This document shows positions 49,701 to 61,000 of a stretch of DNA of 64,000 nt, one piece after another. Under the pieces are notes generated by a model. That model was not told where the DNA came from, ran no database searches, and was given only the letters and a program-made list of their open reading frames with translations. A program made the translations under genes and the position numbers. Where the stretch lies: NCBI RefSeq assembly GCF_036971445.1, contig NC_091476.1, positions 81,964,001 to 82,028,000 of the forward strand, read 5' to 3'. The stretch is from Narcine bancroftii (lineage: Eukaryota). The first letter of the stretch is position 1. Each line of letters opens with the position of its first letter.

Positions 49701-52700
49701 TAAAGGGTCGGGGCTTCGCTCCGTGTGACGGGAGTGGACGAGGCTTCGCTTCGTGTGACGGGACGGGGCTTCGCTCCGCGTGACGGATCAGGACTTTGCT
49801 CTGTGTCCCTGCCCCGGGAATGTGTGAAGGGTTGGGGCTTTGCTCTGTGTCTACACCCCAGGTATTTGTGACGGGACGGTGCTTTGCTCTGTGTGACGGG
49901 ACGGGCTTTGCTCTGTGTGACGGGACGGGGCTTTGATCTGCGTGACGGGACGGGGCTTTGCTCTGTGTGACGGGAAGGGGATTTGCTCTGTGTGACAAGA
50001 CGGGGTTTGCTCTGTGTGACGGGATGGGTCTTCACTCTGTGTGACGGGAAGTGGCTTCTCTCTGTGTGAAGGGACGGGGCTTCGCTCTATGTGACGGGAC
50101 AGGACTTTGCTCCATGTGACGGGTCGGGTCTTCGCAGTGTGTGACGGGACGGTGCTTCGGTCCATGTGACGGGTCGCGGCTTCACTCTGTTTCACCGCCC
50201 CAGGAGTTTTTGACGGGACGGGGCGACGCTTTGTGTGATGGGACGGGGCAATGCTACGTGCCTTCGCCCCAGCATTGTGCGACGGGATGGTGCTTCACTC
50301 TCTGTCCCTGCCCCGGGAGTGTGGCGGGACGGGGCTTCGCTCCGTGTGACGGATAGGGGCTTCGCTCCATGTGACGGGAGAGGACGAGGATTTGCTCTGC
50401 GTAACGGGACAGGGCCACGCTCTTCGTGACGGGACCGGGATTTACTCTGTGTCCCGGCCCCGGGAGTGTGTGAAGGGTTGGAGCTTTGCTCTGTGTCCCC
50501 ACCCCAGGTTTGTGTAACGGTATGGGGCTTTGCTCTGTGTGACGGGACGGGGCTTTGCTCTGTGTGACGGGACGGGGCTTCGCTCATCGTGACGGGACGG
50601 GGCTTCGCTCCTCGTGAAGGGACGGGGCTACGCTCCTCGTGACGGGACGGGGCTTCACTCCTCGTGACGGGACGGGTCTTCGCTCCTCGTGACGGGACGA
50701 GGCTTCGATCCTCGTGACGGGACGGGGCTTCCCTCCTCGTGACGGGACGGGGCTTCGCTCCTTGTCCCTGCCATGGGAGTGTGTGACGGGAATGGGCTTC
50801 GCTCTGTGTGACGGTATGGGGCTTCACTCTGTCTCCCCGCCCCTGGAGTGTGTGAAGGGTTCGGGTTTGCTCGGAGTCCCTGCCCCAGGTGTGTGTGACG
50901 GGACGGGACGGGGCTTCGCTCCGTGTGACGGAAGGGACTTCGTTGCGTGTGACGGGACGGGGCTTCGCTCCGTGTGACGGGACGGGGCTTTGCTCCGTGT
51001 GACGGGACGGGTCTTCGCTCGGTGTGGGACGGGACTTCGCTCGTGTGACAGGACGGTGCTTCGGTCCGTGTCACGGGATGGTGTTCGCTCCGTGTGACGG
51101 GACGGGGCTTCGCTCCGTGTGACGGGACGGCGCTTTCCTCTGTGTGACGGGACGGGGCTTTGCTCCGTGTTACGGGATGGGGCTGCGCTCTGTGTGACGG
51201 GACGGGGCTGCGCTTCGTGTGACGGGACGGGGCTGCGCTCCATGTGACGGGACGATGGCTTCTCTCCTTGTGACGGGACGGGGCATCTCTCCTCGTGACG
51301 GGACGGGGCTTCTCTCCTTGTGACGGGACGGGGCTTCGCTCCTTGTGACGGGACAGGGCTTCGCTCCGTGTGACGGGACAGGGTGAGACTTTACTCTGTG
51401 TGACGGGTCAGGGCTTTATTCTGTGTCCCTGCCTCGGGAGCGTGTGACGGGATGGTGCTTCGCTCTGTGTGACTGGACAGGACTTCACTCTGTCTCCCCG
51501 TCCCTGGAGTGTTTGACGGGACGGGGCGACCCTTTGTGTGACGGGACGTGGCGACGCTACGTGTCTCCGCTCCAGCATTGTGTGATGGGATGGCGCTTCA
51601 ATCTCTGTCCCTGCCCCGGGAGTGTGACGGGACGGGGCTCCAGACCGTGTAAAGGGTCGGGGCTTCGCTCCGTGTGACGGGTGTGGACGAGGCTTTGCTC
51701 TGTGTGACGGAATGGGGATTTACTCTGTGTCCCTGTCCCGGGAGTGTGTGAAGGGTTGGGGCTTTGTTCTGTGTGACGGGATGGGTCTTCACTCTGTGTG
51801 AAGGGACGGGGCTTCTCTCTGTGTGACGTGACGGGGCTTCGCTCCTCGTGACGGTACGGGGCTTCGCTCCTCGTGATGGGACAGGGCTTTGCTCTGTGTC
51901 CCTGCCCCGGGAATGTGTGAAGGGTTGGGGCTTTGCTCTGTGTCTACACCCCAGGTATGTGTGAAGGGACGGGGCTTTGCTCTGTGTGACGGGACGGCTT
52001 TGCTCTGTGTGACGGGACGGGGCTTTGCTCTGCGTGACGGGATGGGATTTCACTCTGTGTGACGGGAAGGGGCTTCTCTCTGTGTGAAGGGACGGGGCTT
52101 CGCTCTACGTGACGGGACAGGACTTTGCTCCATGTGACGGGTCGGGGCTTCGCAGCGTGTGACGGGACGGTGCTTTGCTCCGTGTGACGGGACGTGGCAT
52201 CGATCCGTGTGACGGAACGGGGCTTCGCTCTGCGTGACGGGACGCGGCTTCACTCTGTTTCACCGCCCCTGGAGTTTTTGGCGGGACGGGGCGACGCTTT
52301 GTGTGATTGGACGGGGCGATGCTACGTGCCTCCGCCCCAGCATTGTGCGACGGGATGGTGCTTCACTCTCTGTCCCTGCCCCGGGAGTGTGACGGGACGG
52401 GGATTCGCTCCGTGTGACGTATAGGTGCTTCGCTCCATATGACGGGAGAGGACGAGGATTTGCTCTGCGTAACGGGACAGGGCCTCGCTCTTTGTGACGG
52501 GACGGGGCTTCGCTCCTTGTCCCTGCCATGGGAGTGTGTGACGGGAAGGGGCTTCGCTCTGTATGACGGTATGGGGCTTCACTCTGTCTTCCCGCCCCAG
52601 GAGTGTGTGAAGGGTTGGGGCTTTGCTGTGAGTCCCTGCCCCAGGTGTGTGTGATGGGACGGGACGGGGCATCGCTCCGTGTGATGGAAGGGCTTCGTTC

Positions 52701-54350
52701 CGTGTGACGGGACGGGGCTTCGCTCCGCGTGACGGAACGGGGCTTCGCTCCGTGTGACGGGACGGGGCTTCGCTCCGTGTGACGGGACGGGGGTTCGCTC
52801 CGTGTGACGGGATGGGGCTTCTCTCCTAGTTACGGGACGGGGCTTCGCTCCTTGTGACGGGACGGGGCTTCGCTCCGTGTGACGGGACAGGGTGAGACTT
52901 TGCTCTGTGTGACGGGTGAGGGTTTTATTCTGTGTCCCTGCTTCGGGAGAGTGTGACGGGACGGTGCTTCGCTCTGTGAGACCTGACAGGGCTTCACTCT
53001 GTCTCCCCGTCCCTGGAGTGTTTGACGGGACGGGGCGACCCTTTGTGTGACGGGACGTGGCGACGCTACGTGTCTGCGCCCCAGCATTGTGTGACGGGAT
53101 GGCGCTTCACTCTCTGTCCCTGGCACGGGAGTGTGACGGGACGGGGCTCCAGACCGTGTAAAGGGTCGGGGCTTCGCTCCGTGTGACGGGAGTGGACGAG
53201 GCTTCGCTCCGTGTGACGGGACGGGGCTTCGCTCCGCGTGACGGATCAGGACTTTGCTCTTTGTCCCTGCCCCGGGAATGTGTGAAGGGTTGGGGCTTTG
53301 CTCTGTGTCTACACCCCAGGTATTTGTGACGGGACGGGGCTTTGCTCTGTGTGACGGGACGGGCTTTGCTCTGTGTGACGGGACGGGGCTTTGATCTGCG
53401 TGATGGGACGGGGCTTTGCTCTGTGTGACGGGAAGGGGATTTGCTCTGTGTGACAGGACGGGGTTTGCTCTGTGTGACGGGATGGGTCTTCACTCTGTGT
53501 GACGGGAAGTGGCTTCTCTCTGTGTGAAGGGACGGGGCTTCGCTCTATGTGACGGGACAGGACTTTGCTCCATGTGACGGGTCGGGTCTTCGCAGTGTGT
53601 GACGGGACGGTGCTTCGCTCCGTGTGACGGGACGTGGCTTCGATCCGTATGACAAGACGGGGCTTCACTCTGCGTGACGGGACGCGGCTTCACTCTGTTT
53701 CACCGCCCCAGGAGTTTTTGACGGGACGGGGCGACGCTTTGTGTGATGGGACGGGGCGATGCTACGTGCCTTCGCCCCAGCATTGTGCGACGGGATGGTG
53801 CTTCACTCTCTGTCCCTGCCCCGGGAGTGTGACGGGACGGGGCTTCGCTCCGTGTGACGGATAGGGGCTTCGCTCCGTGTGACGGGAGAGGACGAGGATT
53901 TGCTCTGCGTAACGGGACAGGGCCACGCTCTTCGTGACGGGACCGGGATTTACTCTGTGTCCCGGCCCCGTGAGTGTGTGAATGGTTGGAGCTTTGCTCT
54001 GTGTCCCCACCCCAGGTTTGTGTGACGGGATGGGGCTTTGCTCTGTGTGACGGGACGGGGCTTTGCTCTGTGTGACGGGACGGGGCTTTGCTCTGTGTGA
54101 CGGGATGGGTCTTCACTCTGTGTGAGGGGACGGGGCTTCTATCTGTGTGACGAGACGGGGCTTCGCTCCACGTGACGGGACGGGGCTTTGCTCCTCGTGA
54201 CGGGACGGGGCTTCGCTCCTCGTGACGGAATCGCTCTTCGTGACGGGACGGGGCTTCGCTCCTCGTGACGGGACGGGACTTCGCTCCTCGTGACGGGACG
54301 GGGCTTCGCTCCTCTTGACGGGTCGGGGCTTCGCTCCTCGTGACGGGACG

Positions 54351-55998
54351 GGGCTTCGCACTTTGTGTTGGGAGGGGGCTTCGCTCTTTGTGACGGGACG
54401 GGGCTTCGCTCTGTGTGACGGGACAGGGCTTCGCTCTTTGTGATGGGACGCGGCTTTACTCTGTGTCCCCGCCCTAGCTTTGTATGATGGGACAGGGCGT
54501 CACACCGTGTGATGGGAAGGGGCTACGCTACGTGAGACGGGTCGTGGCATGGCTCCCTGTGATGGGTCGGGCTTCGCTGCGTGTGACGGGACGGGGCTTC
54601 GCTCCACGTGACGGGTCAGGGCTTCGCTCTGTGTGACGGGACGGGGCTTTGCTCGGTGTGATGGGACGTGGCTTCGCTCGGTGTAACGGGACGTGACTTT
54701 GCTCGGTGTGACGGGACGGGGCTTCGCTCGGTGTGACGGGACGGGGCTTCGCTCATTGTGACGGGACGGGGCTTCGCTCTTTGTGACGGGAGGGGACGGT
54801 GCTTCTCTCTTTATGACGGTACGGGGCTTCTCTCCTCGTGACGGTAGGCGGCTTCTATCCTTGTACCGGGACGGGGCGTCTCTCCTTGTGACGGGGCGGG
54901 GCTTCTCTCCTCGTGATGGGACGCAGCTTCTCTCCTAGTGACAGGACGGGTTTTGCTCTTTGTGACGGGAGGGGCTTCGCTCTTTGTGTCGGGACGGGGC
55001 TTCGCTCTTTGCGAAGGGACGGGGTTTCGCTCTTTGTGACGGGATGGGGCTTCGATCTTCGTGACGGGACGGGGCTTCGCTCTGTGTGACAGGACGTGGC
55101 TTTGCTCGGCGTGACGGGACGGGGCTTCGCTCTGTGTGACTGGAAGGGGCTTCGCTCGGTGTGACGGGACGGGGCTTTGCTCGGTATGACGGGACGGGGC
55201 TTCGCTCGGCGTGACCGGACGGTGCTTCGCTCTGTGTGACAGAACAGGGATTTGCTCTGTGTGATGGGATGGGGCTTTGCTCTGAGTGATGGTAATGGAC
55301 TTCACTCTGTCTCCCCGCCCAGGAGTGTGTGAAAGATTGGGGCTTAGCTCTGTGTCCCCGCCCCAGGTGTGTGTGACATGACGGGACATTGCTCTGTTTG
55401 ACGGGAAGGGGCTTTGATCTCTGTGACGGGTCGGGGCGAGGCTTTGCTCTTTGTGACGGGACGGTGCTAGGCTTTGCTCTGTGTGGCTGGACAGGGCTTC
55501 GCTCTTTGTCACGGGACTGGGCTTTACTGTGTGTCCCTGCCCCGGTAGGGTGTGACGGGTTGGGGCTTTGCTCTGTGTCCCCGCCCCAGGTTTGTATGAT
55601 GGGACGGGGCGTCACACCGTGCGACAGGAAGGGCCTACGCTCCATGTGACGGGTCGGGGCTTCGCTCCCTGTGACGTGTCGGGGCTTCACTGCGCGTGAC
55701 GGGACGGGGCTTCGCTCCGCGTGACGGGACGGCTCTTCGCTCTGTATGATGGGCTCGGTCTTCACTCTGTGTGACGGGACGGGGCTTCTCACTGTGTGAT
55801 TGGACGGGGCTTCGTTCTCGTGACGGGACGGGGCTTCGCACTTTGTGTCGGGACGGGGCTTCGCTCTTCGTGACGGGACGGGGATTCGGTCTTTGTGACG
55901 GAGTGTGTGATGGGACGGGGCTTCACTGCGCGTGACGGGACTGGGCTTTGCTCGGCGTGACGGGACGGTGCTTTGCTCGGTGTGATGGGACGGTGCTT
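54351..55998. repeat. Domain II (diverged sub-family of the same satellite), first segment
   Basis: Monomer tails become mostly GCTCGGT/GCTCGGC/GCTCTTT. Landmarks not seen upstream appear: GATGGTAATGGAC, CCCCGGTAGGG, GGCGTCACACCGTG, GGTGCTAGGC. Confidence 0.85.
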
Positions 55999-58062
55999 CC
56001 CTCCTCGTGACGGGACGGGGCTTCGCTCCTTGTCCCTGCCATGGGAGTGTGTGACGGGAATGGGCTTCGCTCTGTGTGACGGTATGGGGCTTCACTCTGT
56101 CTCCCCGCCCCTGGAGTGTGTGAAGGGTTCGGGTTTGCTCGGAGTCCCTGCCCCAGGTGTGTGTGACGGGACGGGACGGGGCTTCGCTCCGTGTGACGGA
56201 AGGGACTTCGTTGCGTGTGACGGGACGGGGCTTCGCTCCGTGTGACGGGACGGGGCTTTGCTCCGTGTGACGGGACGGGTCTTCGCTCGGTGTGGGACGG
56301 GACTTCGCTCGTGTGACAGGACGGTGCTTCGGTCCGTGTCACGGGATGGTGTTCGCTCCGTGTGACGGGACGGGGCTTCGCTCCGTGTGACGGGACGGCG
56401 CTTTCCTCTGTGTGACGGGACGGGGCTTTGCTCCGTGTTACGGGATGGGGCTGCGCTCTGTGTGACGGGACGGGGCTGCGCTTCGTGTGACGGGACGGGG
56501 CTGCGCTCCATGTGACGGGACGATGGCTTCTCTCCTTGTGACGGGACGGGGCATCTCTCCTCGTGACTGGACGGGGCTTCTCTCCTTGTGACGGGACGGG
56601 GCTTCGCTCCTTGTGACGGGACAGGGCTTCGCTCCGTGTGACGGGACAGGGTGAGACTTTACTCTGTGTGACGGGTCAGGGCTTTATTCTGTGTCCCTGC
56701 CTCGGGAGCGTGTGACGGGATGGTGCTTCGCTCTGTGTGACTGGACAGGACTTCACTCTGTCTCCCCGTCCCTGGAGTGTTTGACGGGACGGGGCGACCC
56801 TTTGTGTGACGGGACGTGGCGACGCTACGTGTCTCCGCTCCAGCATTGTGTGATGGGATGGCGCTTCAATCTCTGTCCCTGCCCCGGGAGTGTGACGGGA
56901 CGGGGCTCCAGACCGTGTAAAGGGTCGGGGCTTCGCTCCGTGTGACGGGTGTGGACGAGGCTTTGCTCTGTGTGACGGAATGGGGATTTACTCTGTGTCC
57001 CTGCCCCGGGAGTGTGTGAAGGGTTGGGGCTTTGTTCTGTGTGACGGGATGGGTCTTCACTCTGTGTGAAGGGACGGGGCTTCTCTCTGTGTGACGTGAC
57101 GGGGCTTCGCTCCTCGTGACGGTACGGGGCTTCGCTCCTCGTGATGGGACAGGGCTTTGCTCTGTGTCCCTGCCCCGGGAATGTGTGAAGGGTTGGGGCT
57201 TTGCTCTGTGTCTACACCCCAGGTATGTGTGAAGGGACGGGGCTTTGCTCTGTGTGACGGGACGGCTTTGCTCTGTGTGACGGGACGGGGCTTTGCTCTG
57301 CGTGACGGGATGGGATTTCACTCTGTGTGACGGGAAGGGGCTTCTCTCTGTGTGAAGGGACGGGGCTTCGCTCTACGTGACGGGACAGGACTTTGCTCCA
57401 TGTGACGGGTCGGGGCTTCGCAGCGTGTGACGGGACGGTGCTTTGCTCCGTGTGACGGGACGTGGCTTCGATCCGTGTGACGGAACGGGGCTTCGCTCTG
57501 TGTGATGGGACGGGGCTTCTCTCTGTGTGACGAGAAGGGGCTTCGCTCCACGTGACGGGATGGGACTTCGCTCCTCGTGACTGGACGGGGCTTCGCTCCT
57601 CGTGACGGGACGGGGCGTCGCTCCTCGTGACGGGACGGGGCTTGCTCCTCGTGATGGGACGGGGATTCTCTCCTCGTGACGGGACGGGGCTTCGCTCCAC
57701 GTGACGGGACGGAGCTTCGCTCCTCGTGACGCGACGGGGTTTCGCTCCTCTTGACGGGACGGGGCTTCGCTCCTTGTGACGGGACGGGGCTTCGCTCCTT
57801 GTCCCTGCCATGGGAGTGTGTGACGGGAAGGGGCTTCGCTCTGTATGACGGTATGGGGCTTCACTCTGTCTTCCCGCCCCAGGAGTGTGTGAAGGGTTGG
57901 GGCTTTGCTGTGAGTCCCTGCCCCAGGTGTGTGTGATGGGACGGGACGGGGCATCGCTCCGTGTGATGGAAGGGCTTCGTTCCGTGTGACGGGACGGGGC
58001 TTCGCTCCGCGTGACGGAACGGGGCTTCGCTCTGTGTGACTGGACAGGACTTCACTCTGTCT
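55999..58062. repeat. Domain I block (A-B-A) embedded within domain II
   Basis: 55999-~57495 matches 50731-~52227 at +5268 (ORFs 50824>56092, 51423>56691; shared variant GCTCGGAGTCCC). The remainder matches other domain I pieces. Confidence 0.85.
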
Positions 58063-61000
58063 CCCCGCCCCAGGTTTGTATGATGGGACGGGGCGTCACA
58101 CCGTGCGACAGGAAGGGCCTACGCTCCATGTGACGGGTCGGGGCTTCGCTCCCTGTGACGTGTCGGGGCTTCACTGCGCGTGACGGGACGGGGCTTCGCT
58201 CCGCGTGACGGGACGGCTCTTCGCTCTGTATGATGGGCTCGGTCTTCACTCTGTGTGACGGGACGGGGCTTCTCACTGTGTGATTGGACGGGGCTTCGTT
58301 CTCGTGACGGGACGGGGCTTCGCACTTTGTGTCGGGACGGGGCTTCGCTCTTCGTGACGGGACGGGGATTCGGTCTTTGTGACGGAGTGTGTGATGGGAC
58401 GGGGCTTCACTGCGCGTGACGGGACTGGGCTTTGCTCGGCGTGACGGGACGGTGCTTTGCTCGGTGTGATGGGACGGTGCTTTGCTCGGTGAGACTAGAA
58501 GGGGCTTTGCTCAGTGTGACGGGACTGGGCTTTGCTCGATGTGACTGGACGGGGCTTTGCTCGGTGTGATGGGACGGGGCTGTGCTCGGTGTGACGGGAC
58601 GGCTCTTCGCTCTGTGTGATGGGCTCGGTCTTCACTCTGTGTGACGGGACGGGGCTTCTCACTGTGTGATGGGACGGGGCTTCGTTCTCGTGACGGGACG
58701 GGGCTTCGCACTTTGTGTCGGGACGGGGCTTCGCTCTTCGTGACGGGACGGGGATTCGGTCTTTGTGACGGAGTGTGTGATGGGACGGGGCTTCACTGCG
58801 CGTGACGGGACTGGGCTTTGCTCGGCGTGACGGGACGGTGCTTTGCTCGGTGTGACGGGACGGTGCTTTGCTCGTTGAGACTAGAAGGGGCTTTGCTCAG
58901 AGTGACGGGACTGGGCTTTGCTCGATGTGACTGGACGGGGCTTTGCTCGGTGTGATGGGACGGGGCTGTGCTCGGTGTGACGGGACGGGGCTTTGCTCTG
59001 TGTGACGGGACGCGGCTTCTCTCGGTGAGACGGGACGGGGCTTCGCTCTTTGTGACAGACCGGGGCTTCACTCTTTGTGACGGGATGGGGCTTCGCTCTT
59101 TGTGACGGGACGGGGCTTCTCTCCTTGTGACGGGACGGGGCTTCGCTCATTGTGACGGGACGGGGCTTCGCTCTTTGTGACGGGACTGGGCTTCACGCTG
59201 TGTCGCTGCCATGGGAGTGTGTGACGGGAAGGGGCTTCGCTCTGTATGAACGGTATGGGGCGAGGCTTTGCTCTGTGTGACGGGATGGGGCTTTGCTCTG
59301 AGTGATGGTAATGGACTTCACTCTGTCTCCCCGCCCAGGAGTGTGTGAAAGATTGGGGCTTAGCTCTGTGTCCCCGCCCCAGGTGTGTGTGACATGACGG
59401 GACATTGCTCTGTTTGACGGGAAGGGGCTTTGATCTCTGTGACGGGTCGGGGCGAGGCTTTGCTCTTTGTGACGGGACGGTGCTAGGCTTTGCTCTGTGT
59501 GGCTGGACAGGGCTTCGCTCTTTGTCACGGGACTGGGCTTTACTCTGTTTCCCTGCCCCGGTAGGGTGTGACGGGTTGGGGCTTTGCTCTGTGTCCCCGC
59601 CCCAGGTTTGTATGATGGGACGGGGCGTCACACCGTGCGACAGGAAGGGCCTACGCTCCATGTGACGGGTCGGGGCTTCGCTCCCTGTGACGTGTCGGGG
59701 CTTCACTGCGCGTGACGGGACGGGGCTTCGCTACGCGTGACGGGACGGCTCTTCGCTCTGTGTGATGGGCTCGGTCTTCACTCTGTGTGACGGGACGGGG
59801 CTTCTCACTGTGTGATGGGACGGGGCTTCGTTCTCGTGACGGGACGGGGCTTCGCACTTTGTGTCGGGACGGGGCTTCGCTCTTCGTGACGGGACGGGGA
59901 TTCGGTCTTTGTGACGGAGTGTGTGACGGGACGGGGCTTCACTGCGCGTGACGGGACTGGGCTTTGCTCGGCGTGACGGGACGGTGCTTTGCTCGGTGTG
60001 ACGGGACGGTGCTTTGCTCGGTGAGACTAGAAGGGGCTTTGCTCGGTGTGACGGGACTGGGCTTTGCTCGATGTGACTGGACGGGGCTTTGCTCGGTGTG
60101 ATGGGACGGGGCTGTGCTGGGTGTGACGGGACGGGGCTTTGCTCTGTGTGACGGGACGCGGCTTCTCTCGGTGAGACGGGACGGGGCTTCGCTCTTTGTG
60201 ACAGACCGGGGCTTCACTCTTTGTGACGGGATGGGGCTTCGCTCTTTGTGACGGGACGGGGCTTCTCTCCTTGTGACGGGACGGGGCTTCTCTCCTTGTG
60301 ACGGGATGGGGCTTTGCTCTTTGTGACGTGACTGGGCTTCACGCTGTGTCGCTGCAATGGGAGTGTGTGACGGGAAGGGTCTTCGCTCTGTATGAACGGT
60401 ATGGGGCGAGACTTTGCTCTGTGTGACTGGAAGGGGCTTCGCTCGGTGTGACAGACCGGGGCTTCACTCTTTGTGACGGGACGGGGCTTCGCTCTGTGTG
60501 ACAGAACAGGGATTTGCTCTGTGTGACGGGATGGGGCTTTGCTCTGAGTGATGGTAATGGACTTCACTCTGTCTCCCCGCCCAGGAGTGTGTGAAAGATT
60601 GGGGCTTAGGTCTATGTCCCCGCCCCAGGTGTGTGTGACATGACGGGACATTGCTCTGTTTGACGGGAAGGGGCTTTGATCTCTGTGACGGGTCGGGGCG
60701 AGGCTTTGCTCTGTGTGACGGGACGGTGCTAGGCTTTGCTCTGTGTGGCTGGACAGGGCTTCGCTCTTTGTCACGGGACTGTGCTTTACTGTGTGTCCCT
60801 GCCCCGGTAGGGTGTGACGGGTTGGGGCTTTGCTCTGTGTCCCCGCCCCAGGTTTGTATGATGGGACGGGGCGTCACACCGTGTGACAGGAAGGGCCTAC
60901 GCTCCATGTGACGGGACGGGGCTTCGCACCGTGTGCCAGGACGCGGCCTTGCTCCGTGTGAGGGGACGTGGTTTCCACCGTGTGACGGGATGCGGCTTCG

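Larger units (their letters stand above)
1..54350. repeat. Domain I: homogeneous higher-order-repeat sub-array built from modules B-C-(C)-A
   Basis: Landmarks recur in order: B (GGAGTGTTTGACGGGACGGGGCGACCCTTT; ~462, 1217, 3188, 5702, 10123, 14549, 16495, 18916...), C (GGAGTTTTTGRCGGGACGGGGCGA; ~1957, 3884, 6467, 7215, 10888...) and A (CCCTGCCATGGGA; ~2694, 4971, 9392, 13813, 16001...). Identical ORF-track peptides recur at fixed offsets. Confidence 0.92.

Noticed and set aside
55999-58062. Transposable or LTR element (block flanked by long direct repeats)
   Set aside because: Both the interior and the flanks are satellite sequence, with no terminal inverted repeats, TG..CA ends, PBS/PPT or coding capacity. 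It is treated as a templated rearrangement instead.
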